A stretch of DNA of 64,000 bases from Octopus sinensis (lineage: Eukaryota): NCBI RefSeq assembly GCF_006345805.1, contig NC_043000.1:55614001-55678000 (forward strand). Reading direction: 5' to 3'. Below are positions 54,762-64,000 of this stretch, piece by piece; position 1 is the first letter of the stretch, and each line of letters opens with the position of its first letter. Under the pieces are notes generated by a model that saw only the letters and a program-made list of their open reading frames with translations, had not been told where the DNA came from and did not search any database. The translations under genes and the position numbers were made by a program.

Positions 54762-55465
54762 TGTATGTATGTATGTATGTATGTATGCATGCATGCATGT
54801 GTACGTACACATACAAATATAGGTGAATGTTTATACTCGTATAAGATATGTTATATGCTCCTGTTTTTGTTTTTTTTATTTTGGATGTGCGAATAACTTC
54901 TTTTGACGCTAAGTGTTTCTACTGCTTCAAGCAACACTTTATGTTCTTTGTGAAAATTACTTCAGTACGATAATACTTCATAAAACCCCAGTTTGTCTGA
55001 ACGATTGCAATCATGAACGCCTTTCTAGTTTTCAATGTCGGCTTTCCCTTTGTTTGTCAGTATAGTTCAAGTTAAATATTTGTTTCGTGTTTTATAAGTG
55101 TTAATTCAGATACATTATCTTTTAAATACTTTAAATTTAATTCCTTTTCCTTTATTGTCGGGGAAACATTCCTAATTATAAGTATGTTCGTTTCTTTCTT
55201 TTTCTATGTCCTTATATATGAGTGTGTATCTGTCTGTTTGTCTGTCTGTCTGTCTGTGCGTGTGTGTCTGTGCGTGTGTGTATGTGCGTGATGTGTGTGA
55301 CTGTGTATCTGTGACCGTGTCTGTGACCCTGTGTGTCTATGTGTGGGTTTGTGCGTGTGTGTGTGTGTGTGTGTGTAATCTCTCCCATTTTTATATTTGT
55401 ATTTCTGTTTTCCTTCCTTTTCATAAAACCACTTCGGTGATAGGTGGCTTTTTACTACTTTCCCT

Positions 55466-55516
<51 letters not shown>

Positions 55517-57059
55517 TTCTCTCTCTCTGCCTCTTTGCTTCTCTCTCTCTCAAGATTACACAAGCGGTTCAGCATATAGCTATTGTAATTTATTTACTCT
55601 TTGTTTTCATAAGTCAGCAATTCCTGTTAAAAAGAAACAAAAGACACTTGAACTGTACAGATTTTTTTCACCAATTTTCGTCGCTTACATCATTTGAGTT
55701 AAGTTTTAGATGAATATATTTCCTTCCCCTTGCTTATAATCAATAGCTGCTTTTGTAGCATGTTGCTGAAGTTTTGGCGCATTAATAATTTAATAAGAAA
55801 AAACAGAATCAGAACCAAGGCAAAAATAATGGTAGTTTACTTCGAAAAAAGTATTTATTGTAGTTTTATGATTTTGCCAAATTTTTGTTGCAGAAAAGAT
55901 TCGTTGCGAATAATAGTCTCTTTTGAAAATTTCTGAATATATTCGAAGATACATATATTCTAAGGTAGACGTGTATGGACGGAGAAGAGAAAATATCACT
56001 AGTATATTGTTTACCCCACCTGTCATTGATCTCCCTCATGGAATGGGATTTTATTCTCCAGCAAAGTCATCGCTATCCTTTCTACATACCTTATTTAGTG
56101 ATTCTGGCTGCTATAAGGCTTGCGACAGAGTTCCTTCCTGATAGCAAAACCCACATGAAATACATATATCTCTTTCTCAGAAACTATCCATATGACTTGA
56201 AAATAGGCGGAATAAACTGGCACTGTTTTTGGTAGTGTACTGAGGGTCACGCATAGAACACATGTGAAAAGAATAAGGTTCAATACATAGAAATAGTTCT
56301 TTTCTCCTCAGCGCTCTAGTCACAGAGTTCCAGGCAAAACATTTTCTTAATGTTTTTTCTTTTTTAATTCTCCTTTGCCACTTTCACATATCTTTATTCA
56401 AAAATATATTCTATGAGCGATTATACATTTTAAAACTTCCTTCCTGTCATCAACGGTGCACTAATAAATGGTCACAATGTACACTTTATTAGGAGAAGAC
56501 AATTTGAACATAAATTATACGATTCATGAATTGAAGGTCCACCTAATCACTTGTTTGACCTACTGAATTACAGTAGCCAAATCCACTTCAAATTACATAC
56601 TGTGATATCTGTTACAGATTTAACGTCCTCAGTTCAGATTAGTTCAAATTCTGTCACTATTTTATTTCGAGGTTGGGAGATTGCTGGTATTGTTAGAACA
56701 TTGTAGGTATTTATTTGCGTTGTTACCATATGAGTCCAGATTGCATCTTGTATCACTTGTATCACCAATCCTTTCGTGACGAACGAGGATGTGTGAACGC
56801 GTATGGGTCAACACCAGCGCATTAAGTAAACTGTAGCTTTGATGGCCTTCCTCTCTCCACTCCATCGCACTTCTCTCTTAAGCACGTTTGCTTCTTATTT
56901 TCTCTGTTCTCTTTGTCTTCGATTCTGTTATTATTAACCAACTATATATATTTGCATACAATGTATTTATGGAAGCCTGCATCTTTCTTTTTGTTGTAAT
57001 TCGCCAAACAATTCTAAGGAAGTGAGCTGGTTCTCTTTCTCTCCCCCCTGTCTCACTAT

Positions 57060-57093
<34 letters not shown>

Positions 57094-57181
57094 GTGTGTG
57101 TAGATAGATATATATATCTATCAGTTTGTCTGTCTGTCTATCTATATATCTATCTACACACACACACACAAACACACACAT

Positions 57182-57251
<70 letters not shown>

Positions 57252-57284
57252 AGATAGAGATATAGATAGACAGACAGACAGACT

Positions 57285-57380
<96 letters not shown>

Positions 57381-60054
57381 TCAACTTTGTAAGTACACTG
57401 TAACTGGAAACCTTGAAAATGCTAGTCTTTGACTATGATAACGAAGTCGTCCCCAACGATATAAACACTCAGTGCCTACATTCATCAAGGAAATACTTTT
57501 GCATTGCAATCTCCTTTATTTCAGTAACACACCTAAAACTTAAATGTAATTAGAAATGAGAGATGTTTGATCACCAATCATCTGAAATGACAATATATTT
57601 GAAAAAGTTTCTCCGATTGACGTAATACAAAAACTACCGCAAGTGAGAGATTTTACGTAATGTTCATCCTATTATAAATTTTATTCAGATCTTCTGGACA
57701 TCTCAGGAAGCCATTAAAAAAATTAAAGCCAAAGTTGTCACAGCTAGAACACTTTTGATAATCGCTCCGTTCAATCACGTCTGATTTATGTTATGTATAT
57801 CTATAATCAGTGCAAAGGAGAAAATATAATGAAGGGAGAGAACTTAGAATGTTTTCTGACTGAAGCTTCAAAATTTGGTTGAGGGGAGATGAGCGTTTTG
57901 TGATGACAGTTGAAATGACGTTGCCTAGACAACTGTTCTCTTTTTAACGGATTGGCTTTGATAGAATAAAAGAGAAAAGAAGAGAGCTGGATACGGTTCG
58001 GACCATTCACAACACATCTTTGAACAATCAAATACTGGATATTAAATTCTTTGGATATTTATTTATTTGCAAATGGATCGCTAAATTATCAAATATATCT
58101 TTAACTTGACTTACACATTTTTGTTACAATTTCATCCTTGAATGTTAATTCACTGATTTTACAATTTTGTGGTTGCGTTCAGAAGTTCACCTCTTTTTTT
58201 CTTATACCGAAGAATTTGCCTGATCGTAACAGTTAGTACAAAGGAAAAACAACTACTAATAGTGCTCGTATTTCTTGTTACATTCTTCTGTCTATTCTAC
58301 TGCGACTACATCGACTCCCGATTCTCTAAAATAAATAATTACTTCAGTGACATACACATGGTGCAGCCAAATTTCTTCATCACGTCACTCCTACGGTGTT
58401 CTCAGCCTTCATTCAAGAGCACTTTGTAGATTCTTCTTCTTAGCGGCCATCTAATGAAGCGTGTCTGCAGAATAGTCTTAGGAGCAGCTTGTTTGTGCAC
58501 GTGCTGTCACACAGAAAGCTCTGCAAACCGAACGGCAGTAAGTTTTGGGGATCATCAGGAGAGATAGCGATCCGTTTCGGACCCACCCTGTTACTCCCCC
58601 TCCAACACTGCCTACTGGATCGACTGACTAGTATTCGATCTTAACTTCATCTCAGGACTATCAGCACTATTGAATTGTAAATATTCCAATGATAGTCGTC
58701 AAAGTCGTTGACAATTGTCACTGATGTATTTTTAGTATTTCTTGACACTACTACTACTAGTTCATAACATTATTTCATAGTGATTAAAATCACTATCACG
58801 AATATTAACATCATTATCTTAGTAATTAACATCATTATCGTAGCCATGAATATTATTACCATTGCATTGACGTTATTGTCAACATTGTCACTAATGCTTT
58901 CGTGAAAAAGCTTCAAACAGATATGTCGCTCATAGATTACCTTATTGTATATACAATCAACCATCGCTAACGATTATTTTTTTTTCTATGCTGACACGAT
59001 CTTAGGTATTCAGACTTCCATTTGTCAGTTAACAGGATTTAGTGCCCTTTTCCGCTATATTTCCAGCTTTGCTTTCACACTACTTTCTCTGATAACTTTA
59101 TAAGCTTCAAATGGGTTATTTAGTCGGTGTATTGGATCAAGATAAATTTACACGTCATTTAATTCAACGGTGACTTAACTTTCCCATTTCGTTTATTTTG
59201 TCCAGTCTTTGTAATTTTTTGTATGAAAGATTTTTTTTTACATTTTTGTAAACAATCGTACATGTTTCTGAATGAGGGCTACATTTCTTGATATTCATAT
59301 CAGGGTTTTAAACAACATCAATCTTGTATTCATTATTTAGTTCGTAACTATTTAGACTGAGATTTAACTGAACCTCTCCTAAATCCGGTGAGCGTAATGT
59401 CAATATATTATACTGATACAAGTATTACCTACAAACAAGATAAACATTGGCAAACTGTAATCAACAAGGATATCAGTGCATAAGCCAGAAGGAATCAACA
59501 TATTTTACTAGAGAACACCATAATAGCACAAAAACATGAGTGATCATTTTTTTTAGACAAGTAGATTTTGTGTATTGCACAGCAATAATAAAAGATGATG
59601 AACCAAGTATATTAGAATTATCACACATGAAAAATATTGATTGGAAAATATTTCACATAAATAATCTTCAATGCAAGCCTTATTCCAGCAAAATATTATA
59701 TTTCATGCGACATTTCTGGTTTCCTAACATATGCTGAAATATATTTTCAGAAATAACATTAATATATATTTTTCATATCAGCACATATGGTGATTTATAA
59801 ATTGAAAAAGAAACTATCCGACAATGTTATTCACTAAGATGTTCGTGATAAAATTGAAGTTACAGTACAACGGCTAAAATATACAAGTGTAACATAACAA
59901 ACTCTAACAAATCTTCTTCAAAGTAACAGCAACATACTTGTTAATTATAGAGTATATAACTATTCTCGGCATGATGGACTGGACCGTCAAAAGTTAAGTA
60001 TTTGTTAGATTGCAAAGACAGTGAAATGCTGGAGGCTTGATTTATATATATAAC

Positions 60055-60093
<39 letters not shown>

Positions 60094-60116
60094 ATATTCC
60101 CACACACTTACACACA

Positions 60117-60213
<97 letters not shown>

Positions 60214-60309
60214 GTGTATGTGTATGCAATATTTCAAGATAATACATCTTATTATCGTTCAGCAACTTTCTCCTCTTCTTTTTACTACTACTACTACTAC
60301 TATTACTAT

Positions 60310-60368
<59 letters not shown>

Positions 60369-60439
60369 TTACTACTATCATTACTGCTGCTGCTGCTACT
60401 ACTACTAGTACTACTGCTACTACTATTTATGGTTTTAAA

Positions 60440-60620
60440 TTTACCACAAAGCTATCAGTCTGGGGAAGTACATTTTTTTTTTGGTACTTGACCGGTACTA
60501 TATTTTATCCTGCCCGAAATGTTGAAAGGCAAAGTTGTTTTCGGCGGTATTTGAACTCAGAACATTAAAACTTACGCGACTTGCCCGACGCGGTAACAAT
60601 TCTACCATCGCACAGCCCAA
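60440..60620 (-). mobile_element. SINE family A copy
   Basis: Reverse complement has GTTCTGAGTTCAAATACCGCCGAAAACAACTTTGCCTTTCAAC and ATAAAATATAGTACCGG. Confidence 0.7.
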
Positions 60621-60724
60621 ACGACGATGATGACGATGATGATGACGATGGTGATGATGATGATGATGACGACGACGATGATGATGATGATGATGACGAT
60701 GATGATGATGAAGAGAAGGAGGAG

Positions 60725-61040
60725 GACGGACTCTCTAATAGAAGACGACCGATGATTGTTCAGCTATTTTGGAGAGCACAAAAAGCTGAGCAGTTAAAAA
60801 AAACAGCAAAGAAGAAAAACTGTACAGACAGTTTACAATGGATACGAACGCCAAGACAGGTACAGAAGACCGGTGGCTATGGATGAGGAGGAGTGACCTG
60901 AGGATAGAGACAGAAGCACTTATATGAGCAGTTCAAGAACAAGCGTGAAGGGCCGAGTATGTGAAGTGTAGAATAGACAACGCTACCGACAGCGACATAT
61001 GTAGAATATATGGTGAAACTGTATTGCGCATCGTTAGCGA
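60725..61040 (+). mobile_element. R4/Dong-clade internal fragment (Dong-e)
   Basis: WLWMRRSDLRIETEALI.AVQEQA.RAEYVKCRIDNATDSDICRIYGETVLRIVSE resembles the pre-knuckle/knuckle region of the other Dong copies. Confidence 0.7.
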
Positions 61041-61159
61041 AGAAGAAGAAGAAGAAGAAGAAACTCTGATGGCATAAAATTACCACAAGACGTATATGTG
61101 CCAGTATCTCAGTATTTTGACAGCACTGTTTCATGTGACTGTTAATATTTCCACAGAAT

Positions 61160-61570
61160 CAAGGGGCGGTAATATGATTGTATTGTTATTCCAAGAGCAA
61201 AAGAAAAATATAAATGCACCAAAGAAGCAATAAATGTCTAAGAATGGAAAGGAAGACCACTTGCTCCAAAATGGCAGAAAACAGATACGACAGAATACGA
61301 TAATAGTGGACGTTGGTCATGATAGTACAGATAATTCGAAGAAAGCAGACGCTGGATGTTCTGTCTGCAAGAGGTTTTGGAGCAGATAAAATGGCAGGGA
61401 GAACGAAGTCTGGCTACTATGTGACGTTTGTTTGTTTGACATATATTTTCCCTAAGTGTAAACCAAAGGAAACAGATATTAACCAATATTTCTTCTGTGA
61501 GAGGTGTACGACATAATCTGGTTTCCATGTGTTGAATATGGAGGATTCTGTTTTGATTGATTTATCATTG
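61160..61570 (+). pseudogene. PHD-finger remnant after a Lys-rich linker, probably a transposon C-terminus (pogo-like)
   Basis: CSVC..(stop)..EVWLLCDVC[frameshift]TYIFPKC....YFFCERC then a stop (61357-61516) gives C4-(H)-C3 PHD spacing. Confidence 0.5.
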
Positions 61571-61876
61571 TTCCGGAAACCTGATTTTTGTTTTTTGTTT
61601 GTTTGTTTTTATTTATTTTCATGACGATTGAGTCTTTTTAAATTTAGATGTCTCTCACATGTTTCTTTATTAAATGTTTTCAGCATTCGCCCTTCGTCAT
61701 ATTTTTATTGAAATACTACTCTGAGTTTTGCTCCACTTGTAGAGGACATATTATACCTTACCAAATATTGAAATTTCAGATTTTACAGAAAATCAAATAG
61801 GATTCTCTCACGAGCATTCAAAATTGACTCCCAGTCTATCGAAGTGCTTATCAGAATAATGGCGCACTTTAATAAA

Positions 61877-62290
61877 GGCGGCGAGCTGGAAGAAACTCCG
61901 GGCGAAATGCATAGCCGAATTTCGTCTGTCGTTACGTTCTGAGTTCAAATTCCGCCTAGGTCGAATTTGCCTTTCATCGTTTCGGAGTCCATAAATTAAG
62001 GACCAGTTACGCACTGGAGTTGATATAATCGACTTAATCCGTTTGTCTGCCTTTGTTTGTCCTCTCTGTGTTTAGCCGCTTGTGGGTAGGAAAGAAATAG
62101 GTAATTCGTCTGCCGCTCCGTTCTGAGTTCAAATTCCGCCGAGGTCAACTTTGCCTTTCATCCTTTCGGGGTCGATAAATTAAGTAGCAGTTTCATATTG
62201 GGGTCGATGTAATGGACTTAATCCCTTTGTCTGTCCTTGTTTGTCTCCTCTATGTTTAACCCCTTGTGGGCAATAAAGAAACAAGAATAA
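61877..62290 (+). mobile_element. Two tandem SINE family A copies with the CCCTTGTGGGCAATAAAGAAA-type tail
   Basis: Full head at 61877 and a 5'-truncated second unit from 62101; both end in ..CTTGTGGG..(A)AAGAAA. Confidence 0.85.
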
Positions 62291-62544
62291 TGGTGCACTT
62301 TTTGATGTAGTGTAATGATGTTAAATGTTACATATTGGCTTTCATTTGACATTGTTTTCAAAATTTGGGGAAAATTGACCCTTTATCCTCCACCCCACCC
62401 TATCATTCACAATATAGGACCGATACCAAATTATACACGTAAATAAAAAAATAATATCCGGATTCTCTTCTTCAAACTGTAAGACTACCTAGCAAGTAAA
62501 GTTATATACTATTTGTAGTCAATAATTTTGTATTAATTATGAAG

Positions 62545-62745
62545 GTGATCAGCGGGTAGAATCATTAGCCCGCCGGGTACAATGATTAGCGGCATTAACT
62601 TCATCTTCCGACACGGTCGAATTTGCCTTTCATCCTATCGGAGTCGACGAAATAAGTCCAATAGAGCATGGGAGTCGACGTAATCGACTAGCCTCCACCC
62701 CTAAAGCTTCAGCTCGGGTGCCCATTGTAGAGAAGATTAGTTATG
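62545..62745 (+). mobile_element. SINE family A copy
   Basis: GTAGAATCATTAGCCCGCCGGG...TTTGCCTTTCATCCTATCGGAGTCGACGAAATAAGTCCAAT. Confidence 0.75.
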
Positions 62746-62749
62746 AAGA

Positions 62750-63110
62750 GTGGTCGAAAGTTTAACTCCGATACGAAAAAGATACCAAAAAAATATCATC
62801 AGATCACTGGAAGTGTATGAAGAATAGAGGTACCCAGGTGTACTGCAGGATGACAAGGTAATTGAAAAAGAAACGAGAATATCACTAAACCTTACATGTA
62901 AGAAGTGTTTGAAGCAACACTAATTGGCGGTAATATCATTAAAGCAGTCGGTATGTGAAATATGCCAGTATTGAGATACTATAATCCTTTTTTGAACTGA
63001 AGAGCAACAGAGCTACTAAAATTGTATAGATCTAAAAAGGTGTTCACAATAACGCAAAAGGAAGTACAATTCACCAAGAAGGGGAAAAGGGTAGATGTTT
63101 AGTAAATGCA
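62750..63110 (+). mobile_element. R4/Dong-clade post-RT fragment (Dong-f)
   Basis: YPGVLQDDKVIEKE (cf. YKYLGVL..D) and LIGGNIIKAVG..NMPVLRY (cf. L.GGN.IKAIN.WA.PVLRY). Confidence 0.7.
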
Positions 63111-63390
63111 ATGATAAAATAAATAAGAATATTTTTAAAAATCAAATACTCTGCCTAATGTCACAGTTGCAAATGTTAGTTCAGAGAATATCTCGAACTA
63201 CTGCAAAAAATGTAAACTCCTCCCATTTCATTTTGCTCGTTGTTTTTCTTTATTATTTAGTCCTCTAGCTCTCATTATGTATATGCTTGTGTGCGTCTGT
63301 AGTGTGTCTCTATGAGAGAAGTTAAGAGTACGCATTCAATTTTATACAACTAAACATACTACATGTATGCAAATACGTGTGTACGTGTGG

Positions 63391-63491
<101 letters not shown>

Positions 63492-64000
63492 CAGACAGAT
63501 GCATGCATACATTCATTTATACATAAATAATTATGTTTATATGCGAAGGCCGTTATCAGTTTGTGCGTCATTTAATACTTTCTTACAAATATATAGCTAT
63601 CTCTATATGCACAATATCAAGTATCATTCGAGAGAATATTGTCACAGCAAAAGTAAAAGAATTGAAAGTAAAATAACCAAACCAATCTATGGATTTGAAT
63701 TGCAAATCTGTTTTGTTTAGCAACGAAATAGAGTATCTAGTCATACTTTTCCAAGACTCTATACAATTCTATGCTTGACTAATCGTATAAGAAAAAGAAT
63801 ACATAACCTCACAGCTAAAGGTGATCGCTCTTCAATGCGATATGAAATTGAGTCTTTTGAAGAGGTTTGAGAAACGCAAAAGTGTGTGAGTAATATTTAC
63901 AACAAGTTGAATCTGATAGTAAGAAGTATTGTTTAACATGCGACATACTTACATACATACATATGTACGTACGGAAGTATATTTGCCTCCATACATACAT

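Noticed and set aside
56740-56830. Ankyrin-like peptide NAYGSTPAH
   Set aside because: It is followed immediately by a stop, has no ankyrin helix pattern and no supporting exon structure.
58540-58595. Minus-strand GAAAC...CTGATGA as a permuted hammerhead
   Set aside because: No stem I or stem II is possible. It looks more like an isolated mariner-type TIR (CAGGGTGGGTCCGAAA) whose partner I could not find.

Overview
AT-rich, microsatellite-dense eukaryotic DNA. The SINE families and repeat landscape suggest an octopod cephalopod, probably Octopus; this is an inference. I could not support any host protein-coding exon, rRNA, tRNA gene or CRISPR array, and almost all ORFs in the track are translated microsatellites. 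The window is a transposon graveyard. It holds one near-full-length but frameshifted L1/Tx1-clade LINE (16431-22278), six fragments of REL-endonuclease R4/Dong-type retrotransposons, about six Penelope-like element (PLE) remnants including Naiad-type ones, four Tc1/mariner remnants, a PHD-finger remnant, RTE remnants and many SINEs. The most interesting signals are: (1) a well-formed minimal type I hammerhead ribozyme with a variant core (minus strand, 29806-29854); (2) the Tx1 LINE sitting at the (TAA)n tail junction of a Dong element, with an apparent (ATT)nCCTTC target duplication; (3) a decayed HDV-like ribozyme fold at the 5' end of a non-coding RTE-like element; (4) a SINE whose 3' tail matches the Tx1 3' end; and (5) a guild of elements that repeatedly occupy TAA microsatellites. 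All coordinates were read by eye, so element boundaries are approximate.
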